Assembly (NCBI GenBank): GCA_050951545.1
Contig: JBMNJG010000004.1
Location: 286,117 to 350,116 of the forward strand
From: Limnochordia bacterium
GTDB lineage: Bacteria; Bacillota; Limnochordia; DTU080
Direction of reading: 5' to 3'
DNA: 64,000 nt
Part shown: piece after piece, positions 46,967 to 56,967 of the stretch
Layout: each line of letters starts with the position of its first letter
Numbering within the stretch: the first letter of the stretch is position 1
The notes under the pieces: model-generated
The model's database searches: none
What the model was told of the DNA's origin: nothing
What the model saw: only the letters and a program-made list of their open reading frames with translations
Position numbers and translations under genes: made by a program

Positions 46967-48334
46967 TTGTCTGCACAGAATGCTGTCGCTCAGGCGCTGT
47001 CGCCCAAAGCTGTGCGCAATAGCGTGCTAGACTTGGCCACACCAGCGATCTTGGAAATGATCTTGGGGATGTCCGTAGGCATCATTGATACGGCGATGGT
47101 CGGCCGCTTGGGAGCGAGTGCGCTCGCATCTGTAGGCTTAGGGGCTCAAGTGATGTTTATCGCGCAGACACTCTTCGCCTCTGTGACTACGGGCACCACG
47201 GCTCTTGTTGCTCGCCATATTGGAGCCGAAGAGACGGATGAGGCCTGCAGCGTGGCCCGCCAATCGCTTGTGCTAGGCGGTGGCCTGGCGTTGGTGGCCA
47301 GCCTGCTCTTGATTGGCTTGGGTCCGCATCTGGTAGGCCTTCTCTTTGGCAGTACCGAGGCGGTAGTGCAAGCTCAAGCTGTAATGTACGTGCGGATTGT
47401 GGCCTCTGTGCTCGTCTTTCATTTCGTACTCATTGTCCTCAACAGCTCCTTGCGTGGCTCAGGCGATACCAGGACCCCGATGATGATCATGGCCATCGTG
47501 AATCTGACGAACGTGGTGCTAAACTACATCCTGATCTATGGTGCTCTTGGCGTTCCGGCGTTGGGCATGCCTGGGGCGGCTCTGGCGACGGCTTGTTCAC
47601 TTATGGTAGGAGGGTGCCTCGCTTTGGCCTTTGCTTTTGGGGGTCGCAGGTTGATCAAGCTCTCGCTGCGAGATGACTTTCGGCCGCGTTGGGCCACAGT
47701 GGAGCGCATCTTGACCATCGGCATCCCTGCAGGTATCGAACAGGCCTTCTTGAGGGTTGGGCAACTCAGTTACTCAGTGATAATCGCTTCTTTGGGGACA
47801 ACCGCTTACGCCGCACACCAGATCGCTCTTAACGCAGAGTCGCTATCGTATCAGCCAGGTTTCGGTTTCGCCTTGGCAGCTACATCGTTGGTAGGGCAGG
47901 GCCTAGGGGCCCGCGACCCTGAAGGCGCGCAACGTGCGGGCCTGACGGCTGCCCGCATGGCTGCTACCGCGATGGGCTGTGTTGGTGCAGTTTTGTTCCT
48001 CGTCCCTCGGCCGATTGTGAGCATCTTCACCTCTGATCCTGAGGTGATCGCCTTGAGTGCTGAAGTGCTACGCATTGTGGCTATCGCCCAACCAGCTCTA
48101 GCGCTCGTGATGGTGCTGTCCGGCAGCCTGCGCGGTGCCGGGGATACGCGGGTTGTCATGTCCATTACCGCAGTTGGCTTTTGTGCCGTACGCATCATTA
48201 CTGCCTATTTGCTGGTGCGCGCTGGCTACGGTCTTGTTGGAGCCTGGATTGGCATGGTTGTGGACCTCTTCTTTCGAGGCAGCCTCTTTCTCTTACGTTT
48301 CAGGCGGGGTGGGTGGAAAACCGTCAACGTGTAG
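46967..48334 (+). CDS. MATE family efflux transporter
   Basis: DTAMVGRLG, LRGSGDTRTPM, GAALAT, LRGAGDT; TTG at 46967 after GAGGGAG (ORF open from 46862). Confidence 0.92.
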   Translation: MSAQNAVAQALSPKAVRNSVLDLATPAILEMILGMSVGIIDTAMVGRLGASALASVGLGAQVMFIAQTLFASVTTGTTALVARHIGAEETDEACSVARQSLVLGGGLALVASLLLIGLGPHLVGLLFGSTEAVVQAQAVMYVRIVASVLVFHFVLIVLNSSLRGSGDTRTPMMIMAIVNLTNVVLNYILIYGALGVPALGMPGAALATACSLMVGGCLALAFAFGGRRLIKLSLRDDFRPRWATVERILTIGIPAGIEQAFLRVGQLSYSVIIASLGTTAYAAHQIALNAESLSYQPGFGFALAATSLVGQGLGARDPEGAQRAGLTAARMAATAMGCVGAVLFLVPRPIVSIFTSDPEVIALSAEVLRIVAIAQPALALVMVLSGSLRGAGDTRVVMSITAVGFCAVRIITAYLLVRAGYGLVGAWIGMVVDLFFRGSLFLLRFRRGGWKTVNV

Positions 48335-48355
48335 AGCTTTCGCGGGACAAGAGAG

Positions 48356-48400
48356 GAACCAGGGACTCGCCTACGCTCTACGCGGGCGAGTCCCTGGTTC
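48356..48400. terminator. 16-bp perfect stem between convergent MATE and tkt
   Basis: GAACCAGGGACTCGCC...GGCGAGTCCCTGGTTC. Confidence 0.75.
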
Positions 48401-48411
48401 TTCTGGCACGT

Positions 48412-50382
48412 CTAGCCCAGCAAACAACGGGCTTTAGCTGCTATGTTCTGGGGTGTGAGTCCCAGATGCCGTGCCACCTGCTCGGCAGGGCCGCTCTCCC
48501 CGAAGCGATCGATACCATAGACGGTGTCGTCTGGCCGCAGTAGCACATGCCACCCACTGGTGACTCCGGCTTCAATGATCAGACGACGGCCTTCATCTGG
48601 CAGCACCGAGCGCTGATACGACGCTTCTTGGCTTAGGAAGAGCTCGCGTGAGGGGATGGAAACCACCCTGACACGGCGTCCTTCCGCGGTCAGTTGATCT
48701 GCAGCTGCGCATGCCAAGGGGACCTCACTGCCAGTAGCGATCAGCACCAGCTCAGGTTGACCCGAACAGTCGCGAAACACGTACCCGCCTCGAAACACCC
48801 CTGCCTGAGCGGCGTCTTCAGACGCCAGCGTCGGAAGTTTCTGACGGGTCAATGCCAGGACTGTTGGCCCTTGGGTACGTTGGATGGCATAGGCCCATGC
48901 CGCCCGAGTCTCTTGGGCATCAGCCGGTCGCAAGACGACGAGGTTGGGAATAAGACGAAGCGATTCGAGCTGCTCTACTGGTTGATGAGTGGGCCCGTCT
49001 TCGCCAACGAAAATGGAATCGTGGGTGAAGACATAGATAACAGGAAGATGCATCAGAGCTGCCATGCGTATGGGTGGCCGCATGTAGTCAGCAAAAACGA
49101 GAAATGTTGAACCAAAGACACGGAACCCGCCATGCAGATTGATGCCATTGAGAATGGCTCCCATGCCGTGCTCTCGAACACCAAAATGCAGATTGCGCCC
49201 CTCGTAGGAGTCCTTCTGAACCGAGGCGTACTCTTGTAGGTAGGTCCTCGTCGAAGGTGCCAGGTCAGCAGAGCCTCCGACCAGGTGGGGCAGCAGTACC
49301 GCTAGTTTCTGCAGCACCTGTCCACTGGCATCGCGTGTTGCCCATTCCGATCCCGGCTCGAACGTGGGCAGTGAACTGATGATCTCCTCGTTCGCGGTTG
49401 GTGAAAAGGCAGCGTCCCACTGCTCACGCAGCTCAGGAAAAGCTTGCGACCACTGGGCAAAAAGGCGTTCCCACTGCTGACGCATGGTGCTCCAGGTGCT
49501 GCGCCTCGCAGTGTAGTAGCCATAGATCTCGTCGGGCACATAGAAGGGCTCCTGAGGTAGTTTTAGCCTTTCTTTGAGGGCAGCCACCTCTTTCTCGCCA
49601 AGGGGTTCACCGTGGGCCTTGGCGCTGTCTTCCCTGCCGCTCTTATGGCCGATGATGGTCTGCGCTATGACAAGCGATGGCTTGCCTTTCTCAGCCTTGG
49701 CGGTCTCCAATGCAGAAATGATCTGCTCCGGATCGTGTCCGTCAATCGTCTGGATGTGCCACCCGTATGCTCGGAAGCGATCGGCGACCGACTCGGTGAA
49801 AGCGATATCCGTAGACCCTTCGATGGAAATGCGGTTAGAATCGTAGATGCAGATGAGCTTGGAGAGTCCCCAATGGCCAGCTAGTGAAGCTGCTTCAGCG
49901 CTGACCCCTTCCATCATATCTCCATCACCAGCAAGGACGTAGGTATAGTGATCGACAACCGCATAGCCGGGCCTGTTGAAGCGAGCCGCGAGCATTTTCT
50001 CGGCCAGAGCCATGCCTACGGCGTTGCCAAGGCCCTGACCCAACGGCCCTGTAGAGGTCTCAACGCCCGGAGTTGCCCCATACTCAGGGTGCCCTGGTGT
50101 GCGAGAACCTAGCTGTCGAAAACGCTGCAGCTCACTGAGAGGGAGATCATATCCGCTAAGATGCAGCAATGCGTAGAGCAACATGGAAGCATGCCCAGCT
50201 GACAGCACAAAGCGGTCACGGTTTGACCAACCGGGCTCAGCAGGGTCATGCCTAAGAACCTCACTGTAGAGAACGGCGCCAATCTCGGCTGCTCCTAGGG
50301 GCATACCCGGGTGCCCAGAACTGGCTTTTTGCACACCGTCCGCGGCTAGACTTCGGATGACATCTGCAACTCTATTTAGCAA
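48412..50382 (-). CDS. tkt: Transketolase
   Basis: SGHPG.PLG, GHPE, GDGD..EG, GVREH.M, GEDGPTHQP.EQ. Confidence 0.97.
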   Translation of the reverse strand: MLNRVADVIRSLAADGVQKASSGHPGMPLGAAEIGAVLYSEVLRHDPAEPGWSNRDRFVLSAGHASMLLYALLHLSGYDLPLSELQRFRQLGSRTPGHPEYGATPGVETSTGPLGQGLGNAVGMALAEKMLAARFNRPGYAVVDHYTYVLAGDGDMMEGVSAEAASLAGHWGLSKLICIYDSNRISIEGSTDIAFTESVADRFRAYGWHIQTIDGHDPEQIISALETAKAEKGKPSLVIAQTIIGHKSGREDSAKAHGEPLGEKEVAALKERLKLPQEPFYVPDEIYGYYTARRSTWSTMRQQWERLFAQWSQAFPELREQWDAAFSPTANEEIISSLPTFEPGSEWATRDASGQVLQKLAVLLPHLVGGSADLAPSTRTYLQEYASVQKDSYEGRNLHFGVREHGMGAILNGINLHGGFRVFGSTFLVFADYMRPPIRMAALMHLPVIYVFTHDSIFVGEDGPTHQPVEQLESLRLIPNLVVLRPADAQETRAAWAYAIQRTQGPTVLALTRQKLPTLASEDAAQAGVFRGGYVFRDCSGQPELVLIATGSEVPLACAAADQLTAEGRRVRVVSIPSRELFLSQEASYQRSVLPDEGRRLIIEAGVTSGWHVLLRPDDTVYGIDRFGESGPAEQVARHLGLTPQNIAAKARCLLG

Positions 50383-50389
50383 TAGTGTT

Positions 50390-50473
50390 CCTCCTCAGAA
50401 AATCGTGTTACACTGTCCGGCATGTCGACGGCCGTCGCACGCGTACTCCTGTGAAAACCCTTCTGCGTGCAAC
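50390..50473 (-). repeat. Dispersed repeat (module B end + module A) upstream of tkt
   Basis: Minus strand: GCACGCAGAAGGGTTTTCACAGGAG-TACGCGTGCGACGGCCGTCGACATGCCGGACAGTGTAACACGATTTTCTGAGGAGG. Confidence 0.75.
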
Positions 50474-50592
50474 TCAGTTAGACAGTAGTAGGGATGATTC
50501 CTGTTTCGCAGTCCCTTACGTAGACCGAGACTGCCAAGAGATGGACTCAACACCTATTATGGTGTAGAATCATCAGTACAAGTAGGCAGGTA

Positions 50593-51846
50593 ATGATCCC
50601 GGAGGCGTTCTTCTCCTTGCATTACTACCAGAAAAACCTCGCTGTGCTTTGGATTGCCACTTTCTTCGCGGCGGCTTCTTTCCAACAAGTCATTCCTTTC
50701 CTTCCTTTGTTTCTTCAACAGCTGGGCGTGACAACTCATCTGAGCCTGTGGGCTGGTGTTGTGGCCGCGGCCAGCAACATGACGGCGATCTTCTTTCAGC
50801 CCTTCTGGGGCCGCATCGCGGATCAGTATGGACGCAAGCCGATGATGATCCGGGCTGGAGTCTGTCTCGGGCTTATCTATTTCGTTACTAGCATGTCTAC
50901 GACGCCCTGGCATGTAGCCCTCTGTCGCTTTCTCAATGGGGCACTAACCGGGTTTGTGCCTGGGGCGGTGGCGTTAGCAGCCACCAACACCCCCAAGCAT
51001 CTATGTGCTCGTTATGTGGCCTCTCTACAGACTGCCAACGCAGCAGGCGCAATTCTTGGGCCAGCTATAGGAGGGGTACTGGCTGATCTACTCGGTTTCC
51101 GGGGGGCCCTTCGGGTCTCTGGAGTAGTTGTCTTGCTGTGCACGCTTTTCGTCTTGGTTCTCGTTGAAGAGAAGGAGAAGACAAGCACTCGACCCACTAC
51201 GACGCTATGGCAAGATACAGTGATGACGCTCACACACCCAGTTCTGTTCGTCGTGATGGTGACCGTTGCGTTCACCGCCTTCGCCACCAGTGCCATCCAA
51301 CCAATGCTGGCCGTCTATCTTGCTACCATGCCAGGTGATGCCGCGAAATGGCTTAGCGGAGTCATCTTCTCGCTGCCAGGTATTGCTTTCGTGATCATGG
51401 CTGGTTTCTGGACTAGACTAGGAGAGCGCAAGGGTTTCACGAGGCTGATTCCCATGGCCTTGGTGCTATCTGCTGTGGCGGCCTTCTCTCTGAGCTTCGC
51501 GGGGACTATGTCTAGCTTCGCCATTTTGTACTTTGCCCTGGGGATGTTTGTGGCTGCGTTGCGGCCCAGTGCTGCTGCGCTGATCGCTACTCGGGTGGAA
51601 GACTCTTTCCAGGGAATGGCGTTTGGCATGCAGCAATCAGCGTTTACTTTTGGGGGTTTTGTGGGGCCTGTCTTCTCGGGGGTGGTTGGAGCCGCAACGG
51701 ATACCCGATGGCTGTTTGCTTGGATTGGCGTCGTGCTGACTCTTTCTTCCGTCTGGTTGCGGCGGCTCATCGCTCGCTGGGACGAATCGGTCTCGGGACA
51801 ACCCGATGCCAAAGCATTCCAGCAGACGGCAGCAGGACGTATGTAA
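50593..51846 (+). CDS. MFS transporter (DHA1/MdtG-like)
   Basis: PFLPLF, WGRIADQYGRK.M..R, GPAIGG. Confidence 0.9.
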   Translation: MIPEAFFSLHYYQKNLAVLWIATFFAAASFQQVIPFLPLFLQQLGVTTHLSLWAGVVAAASNMTAIFFQPFWGRIADQYGRKPMMIRAGVCLGLIYFVTSMSTTPWHVALCRFLNGALTGFVPGAVALAATNTPKHLCARYVASLQTANAAGAILGPAIGGVLADLLGFRGALRVSGVVVLLCTLFVLVLVEEKEKTSTRPTTTLWQDTVMTLTHPVLFVVMVTVAFTAFATSAIQPMLAVYLATMPGDAAKWLSGVIFSLPGIAFVIMAGFWTRLGERKGFTRLIPMALVLSAVAAFSLSFAGTMSSFAILYFALGMFVAALRPSAAALIATRVEDSFQGMAFGMQQSAFTFGGFVGPVFSGVVGAATDTRWLFAWIGVVLTLSSVWLRRLIARWDESVSGQPDAKAFQQTAAGRM

Positions 51847-51915
51847 CAAAATGGTGCTCTGAGCCAGGTTTTTCTTTTTGGGGGATGCTTCGTACGCAAA
51901 TTATTTGTATACTAA

Positions 51916-52449
51916 GTGATGAACCCAGTCTCGCAGTATGGGCACCAGACGCCTCAGCCGCAAGCCCGGCCGATGCGGGGCCTGACGCCAAGAGTGCTGC
52001 AAGCAGAGGAGGTCGATGAGGTGGCAGAGCCAGCAAACGTACACATGCGAGCACATCGACAGCTTACGCGCACGTTCTGGCGGATTCACCGGGCAGTCCG
52101 CACGCATCTGGAACCCTGGGGGATCACGTCTCGGCAGTATACCTTGCTCTCGCATGTGAACGAGGAAGGGGTGGCCTTAACCGATCTAGCATCGCACATG
52201 AACGCGGATCTCAGTACAGCAAACGGCATCGTGAACAGGTTAGAGAAGGCGGAGTATGTCGAGCGCGAGCGTTGCAGCTGTGATCGACGGGTTGTGAGGG
52301 TGAAGCTGACCGGGAAGGGGCGTAAGCTACGCGACAGCGTAGCTCCTGAGCTCGAGGCGCAGATCGGCAGTTGGTATGCTGCGTTGAGTAAAGAAGAACT
52401 CAAGCTGCTGTGTGAGCTTCTTGCACGCCTGTCCCATACCGTGAGTTGA
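51916..52449 (+). CDS. MarR family transcriptional regulator
   Basis: GIT..QY..L, T.LA.......T...V.RLE...YVER....DRR...VKLT.KG. Confidence 0.92.
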   Translation: MMNPVSQYGHQTPQPQARPMRGLTPRVLQAEEVDEVAEPANVHMRAHRQLTRTFWRIHRAVRTHLEPWGITSRQYTLLSHVNEEGVALTDLASHMNADLSTANGIVNRLEKAEYVERERCSCDRRVVRVKLTGKGRKLRDSVAPELEAQIGSWYAALSKEELKLLCELLARLSHTVS

Positions 52450-52470
52450 CAACGGAAGGGTGATATCCAA

Positions 52471-54846
52471 TTGGCCAATAGGAACACCTCCCACTCGACT
52501 GGGCTGACTCAAGAAGAGAGCAACAGCCTGCCGCAATCGGAAGAGACTCGATTGCGAGAGATGCTGGAGGCTGGTGAGTCTGTTGTACAGAGCTTGGCCA
52601 CCGACTACACGTTTGAAGGAATGTTTGGAACAGAATGGCTTGTCTTGACTAACCGTCGAGTCTTGGCGATGGGGCCAGAGCGAGTTGTGTCGGTAGAGTT
52701 GCGGGACATTGTACGCGTTATCATTGTGGATCATCAAGGCAACAGCGTTCTGCGGGTCTTCACGCAATCACAAGCTCATGATATGGTACGGTACTCCAGA
52801 ACCCACGCAGCAAGGTTTTCCAGTATCCCGCTGAAAATCGAGGGACTGGTTCAGGCCGCGGTGCACGAAGAGCGGGAAATCGTCCCGCCAGAGGAGCGCT
52901 GGAAAGCAAAAAGCGGGCGACAAAGACACAGATGCCCGACTTGCGGTAGGGTGGTCCCACCTCGTATGGGGACCTGCCCACACTGTCTAGATCGACGGCA
53001 GCTTGTGCGTCGCCTGTTCGTGTACGTTCTCCCTCACTGGCGCCCGGCACTGATGGCCTTTTTGCTTCTGTTCAGTGCGACGTTTCTCTCGTTGACTCCA
53101 CCACTGATCAACCGTACTCTCGTGGACCATGTGCTGCTTCCCGCGGCCAACCAGGTATCCCAGAGTGACTCCGTCGTTACTACGGACGCAGAACAGACAG
53201 GACCTGCAGACAGTGACCGACTCGTGCGCTTGTTAGCGCCGATAGCCCAGCCAGCCACTAAAAGAATGCTCGTGATACTGGTGGCTCTGCAGTTCGTCGT
53301 TCATCTGACCTCATCAGCCATGAACGGACTACGTCGGTTCCTTATCTCGTGGTTAGGCCAAAACATCACCTTCGATCTGAGAAACGCGGTATATTCGCAC
53401 TTGCAGAGTCTCTCCTTGGGCTATTTTGCCAGAGAGACCACAGGCCGCATTATGCAGCGGGTTACGGGTGACGTACGGCGCTTACAGGACTTCTTGAGTG
53501 ATGGCATTCAGCACATACTTCAGGACATCATTACTCTGATCATCATCACATCAATTCTGCTGTCGATGAGCTGGCGCTTGACGCTGTTGATCATGATTCC
53601 TACCCCGTTCTTGATCATGACGACCTTATGGTTTGGGCGTCGCCTACGGCGCACCTACATGGTACTGTGGCGTCGTCACGACGCAGTGAGCTCTGTGTTG
53701 GCAGATACGATTCCAGGCATGCGCGTAGTGAAGGCTTTCGCGCAGGAAGAGCGAGAGGTAGGCCGCTTTGAGGATCGGAGCAGAGACGTTCTCACTGGTG
53801 AATTGCGGGCCGCTCGAATAAACGCACTGTACTCCCCTACCATGGGGATGCTCACCTACATGGGCACCATTATCATCTGGTGGCTTGGGGGTCAACGCGT
53901 CATGAGTGGTCAGATGACACTTGGTGGACTCATGGCCTTCACGAACTACATGCTACGGTTCTACCAGCCTGTGCAATCGCTGTGCAATCTCAACCAGCGC
54001 TTCCAGCAGACGGCCAGTTCGGCAGAGCGTGTCTTTGAGGTGCTCGATACCGAACCTGAGACTCCCGCCCACACCTTGCCACCAGCTATTCCTCCTATTG
54101 AGGGGCGGGTAGAGTTCAAGAACGTCACCTTTGCATATGAACCTGGAGAGCCTGTGCTCAAGAACCTCTCCTTCGTAGTAGAACCAGGAGAGATGATCGG
54201 CCTGGTCGGGCGTAGCGGCGCAGGTAAGAGCACGCTCATCAACCTGATCATGCGCTTCTTCACCATCGATGACGGGCAGATCACGATAGATGGTCATGAC
54301 CTGAGCCAGATCGACCCCAAGTCACTACGGGATCAGATCGGTGTGGTCTTGCAGGAACCCTTCCTGTTCAACGGCAGTATTGCTGAGAATATCGCCTACG
54401 GCAAACCCGGCGCGACGTATGCAGAGATTGTAGCCGCTGCTCAGGCAGCCAATGCGCATGAGTTTATTATCAGCTTCACCGACGGATACGACACCAGAGT
54501 AGGTGAGCGCGGAACACGTCTATCAGGAGGAGAGCGGCAGCGCCTAGCGATCGCCCGAGCTATCCTCAAGAGCCCCCGGATCCTTATCCTTGACGAAGCA
54601 ACTTCCTCTGTAGACACTGAGACGGAAGCCAAGATACAGGAAGCGCTTGAGCGTCTCGTAAAGGGCCGGACCACTTTCGCCATCGCTCACCGCCTTTCGA
54701 CGTTGCGCTTTGCCAACCGCCTATTCGTTTTGGATAAGGGTGAGCTGGTGGAAATGGGCACTCATGACGAGCTGGTGGCTGCTGGCGGGATCTATTCACG
54801 CCTGTGTGGGATGCAACGAGAGTTGGCACAACTGAGAGCAGTATAA
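52471..54846 (+). CDS. ABC exporter (TMD+NBD) with N-terminal PH-like and CxxC extension
   Basis: GRSGAGKST, LSGGERQR, LILDEATSS; CPTC..CPHC. Confidence 0.92.
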   Translation: MANRNTSHSTGLTQEESNSLPQSEETRLREMLEAGESVVQSLATDYTFEGMFGTEWLVLTNRRVLAMGPERVVSVELRDIVRVIIVDHQGNSVLRVFTQSQAHDMVRYSRTHAARFSSIPLKIEGLVQAAVHEEREIVPPEERWKAKSGRQRHRCPTCGRVVPPRMGTCPHCLDRRQLVRRLFVYVLPHWRPALMAFLLLFSATFLSLTPPLINRTLVDHVLLPAANQVSQSDSVVTTDAEQTGPADSDRLVRLLAPIAQPATKRMLVILVALQFVVHLTSSAMNGLRRFLISWLGQNITFDLRNAVYSHLQSLSLGYFARETTGRIMQRVTGDVRRLQDFLSDGIQHILQDIITLIIITSILLSMSWRLTLLIMIPTPFLIMTTLWFGRRLRRTYMVLWRRHDAVSSVLADTIPGMRVVKAFAQEEREVGRFEDRSRDVLTGELRAARINALYSPTMGMLTYMGTIIIWWLGGQRVMSGQMTLGGLMAFTNYMLRFYQPVQSLCNLNQRFQQTASSAERVFEVLDTEPETPAHTLPPAIPPIEGRVEFKNVTFAYEPGEPVLKNLSFVVEPGEMIGLVGRSGAGKSTLINLIMRFFTIDDGQITIDGHDLSQIDPKSLRDQIGVVLQEPFLFNGSIAENIAYGKPGATYAEIVAAAQAANAHEFIISFTDGYDTRVGERGTRLSGGERQRLAIARAILKSPRILILDEATSSVDTETEAKIQEALERLVKGRTTFAIAHRLSTLRFANRLFVLDKGELVEMGTHDELVAAGGIYSRLCGMQRELAQLRAV

Positions 54847-54869
54847 GGTATGAGCAAAGGCGGGGAGTA

Positions 54870-54970
54870 GGCATGTCGGCGGCCAATCACGGGGTGTTCG
54901 CCGCAGGCGGAAGGATGCCCAGAGGAGACCGCTGACATGCCCGCACAGCGTAACATGATTTACTGGGAGG
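54870..54970. repeat. Inverted partial module A (54870-54890) plus direct module A (54929-54970)
   Basis: GCATGTCGGCGGCCAATCAC and GACATGCCCGCACAGCGTAACATGATTTACTGGGAGG. Confidence 0.8.
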
Positions 54971-54979
54971 TAACAATAG

Positions 54980-55489
54980 ATGGCCGTCGAGCAGCAAGAG
55001 CGCCTGGCCACGGAACTGGATCTGCTACCCGCTCAGAAGCTTGAAGCGCACCTCAACGAGATGAAAGAGCTCGAGGTATGCGTAGATGGACAGGTATACC
55101 AGGACGTGCGGCTAGTACGATCCTTCCCACTGAGCGAGGAGCGCAGATACATTGTGTTGCTTGACCCGGAAGACAATGAGATCGGCATCATAGAGAATCT
55201 GGATGCCTGTCGACCGGAGGTAGTGCAGCTTTTCTCACAGCTTCTGAGCGATGCCTATCTCGTTCCCATAGTAACCAGGGTGTATAGTCTATCACATGCT
55301 GGGCTAGTTCCCGTGTGGGACGTAGAGACCGATAGGGGACGTCGCCAAATCGAAATGCGTTCACGTCGCGACCTCACAGCCCTAGGAACACGCATCTTGT
55401 TCAGGGATGCCGACGGGAACCGTTACGAGATACCTGACTACAGGAAGCTGGATCCGCGTAGTCGTCGTATAGTTGAGCAGGAAGTATAG
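54980..55489 (+). CDS. DUF1854 domain protein
   Basis: V..VR.FPLS....YI......EIG.I, W.VETDRG, D.DGNRY.I.D...LD..S. Confidence 0.8.
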   Translation: MAVEQQERLATELDLLPAQKLEAHLNEMKELEVCVDGQVYQDVRLVRSFPLSEERRYIVLLDPEDNEIGIIENLDACRPEVVQLFSQLLSDAYLVPIVTRVYSLSHAGLVPVWDVETDRGRRQIEMRSRRDLTALGTRILFRDADGNRYEIPDYRKLDPRSRRIVEQEV

Positions 55490-55502
55490 GCCCCCAGGTG
55501 CG

Positions 55503-55529
55503 TCGGGTGTGGGTAGTTCCCACACCCGA
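55503..55529. terminator. 11-bp stem-loop after the DUF1854 gene
   Basis: TCGGGTGTGGG-TAGTT-CCCACACCCGA. Confidence 0.55.
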
Positions 55530-55537
55530 TGGGGTAG

Positions 55538-55602
55538 GGAGTACGCGTGGTTGGCCGCCAGCATTCCCGCACAGCGTCACTTGATTTCCAGAGGGGGGGG
55601 AG
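55538..55602 (+). repeat. Dispersed repeat module A
   Basis: GGAGTACGCGTGGTTGGCCGCCAGCATTCCCGCACAGCGTCACTTGATTTCCAGAGG. Confidence 0.8.
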
Positions 55603-55650
55603 TGAGTCACGGACAGATCATCATCCACAAATACGGCGCTCGCTGTCGCA

Positions 55651-56388
55651 TTGCGCTTGGCTGTTGAAGCGGGTGTTACTATGCTCAGCTGCGGCGGGGA
55701 GATATCGCGGGTGGAGGAGACGGTCGGTCACATGGCTCGGGCCTACGGTGTACGACGCGTAGATGCCTATGCCACTCCTACTGGTCTTTCTGTCTCTGGC
55801 GAGGGTAGCGACGGTTCCATGCACACGATCGTCAGGCGCGTACCACAGACTCGCAACGATCTGGCGAGCGTGGTAGCCGTTAATGATCTCTCTAGACGAG
55901 CTTCTCGAGGTCAAGTGACTTTGGGTGAAGCTCACCTTGAGCTACAGGCTATACGTTCGGCTCAGTCACCCTACGGCCCGGGGGTCACTGTCGCGGCTGC
56001 TAGCCTAGCTTCAGCTGCGTTGGCCATGTTGTCTGGAGGAGCAGCTGTGGACATGCTAGGGGCTGCAGTCGCTGGCCTCGTGGTTCAATCGGTTACTGCC
56101 GCGATCGAGCACCGGGGCTGGGGGGGATTTGCTCGCTCATGGGCCGGCGGATTCTTGGCTGCAGCCACCGCAACTGCATTACAGCGAGTGGTACCTGCTC
56201 TGTCAGTGCACTACGCCGTGGTTGGTGCTATCATGATCTTGGTTCCTGGCATAGCTATCACGAACGCCCTACGAGACATTATGGGAGGGCAACTGGTCTC
56301 TGGCGTTGCTCGCTCTGCGGAGGCCCTGGCGGTGGCCATCGGTGTGGCATCAGGTGTGGGGCTCGTTCTAGGGCTGGGAGGGCGTTGA
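55651..56388 (+). CDS. Threonine/serine exporter ThrE family (YjjP-like); start uncertain
   Basis: G..ML.CGGE..RVEETV, N.LSR, ILVPG..ITNA.RD...G...SG. Confidence 0.88.
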   Translation: MRLAVEAGVTMLSCGGEISRVEETVGHMARAYGVRRVDAYATPTGLSVSGEGSDGSMHTIVRRVPQTRNDLASVVAVNDLSRRASRGQVTLGEAHLELQAIRSAQSPYGPGVTVAAASLASAALAMLSGGAAVDMLGAAVAGLVVQSVTAAIEHRGWGGFARSWAGGFLAAATATALQRVVPALSVHYAVVGAIMILVPGIAITNALRDIMGGQLVSGVARSAEALAVAIGVASGVGLVLGLGGR

Positions 56389-56389
56389 A

Positions 56390-56821
56390 CTGCGATTACT
56401 CGTTGAGACAGTAGCAGCATTTTTGGGAGTCGCGGCGTTTGCCGTCTTGTTCCGCGTCCCCGTCAAGAGCGTTGTACCAGCAGGATTAGCCGGAGCCACA
56501 TCCTGGGGTATATACTCTGCTTTGCTAGAAACAGGCATGAGTCGCTTCGCAGCCGGGTTCGCTAGTGCTGCAACGCTATCTGCGTTGGCCGAGTGGGGAG
56601 CAAAACGGTTGCGGATCCCGGTATCGATCCTGGTTGTCCCGGGTATCATACCATTGGTTCCCGGTGCGGACGCTTACTTCGCCATGTTGGCTTTCGTCCA
56701 AGGCCAGGACCAGGAAGGCCTACGGATTGCTGTTCAGACTATGCTCGCAGCCTTGAGTGTGGCGGCAGGAATAGTGACCGCTTCAACGCTGGTGCGTAGC
56801 GTCAGGCAGCGAGAAAGATAA
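56390..56821 (+). CDS. ThrE_2 family protein (YjjB-like)
   Basis: FAVLF.VP, PGIIPLVPG..AY; CTG at 56390 after GGGAGG, or TTG at 56423. Confidence 0.8.
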   Translation: MRLLVETVAAFLGVAAFAVLFRVPVKSVVPAGLAGATSWGIYSALLETGMSRFAAGFASAATLSALAEWGAKRLRIPVSILVVPGIIPLVPGADAYFAMLAFVQGQDQEGLRIAVQTMLAALSVAAGIVTASTLVRSVRQRER

Positions 56822-56967
56822 TCCATATGAAAAAATAAGTCGAAATCGCCATTTTGGGCAGGATCAATGCATGAATTCCGCTGTCAGTGGGGAATAGATG
56901 TATCATGACGGGATCCTAGTTCCGTTTGCAAAACCCCCTTAGGGGAAGCAGTTTGGAGGCAAGATTA

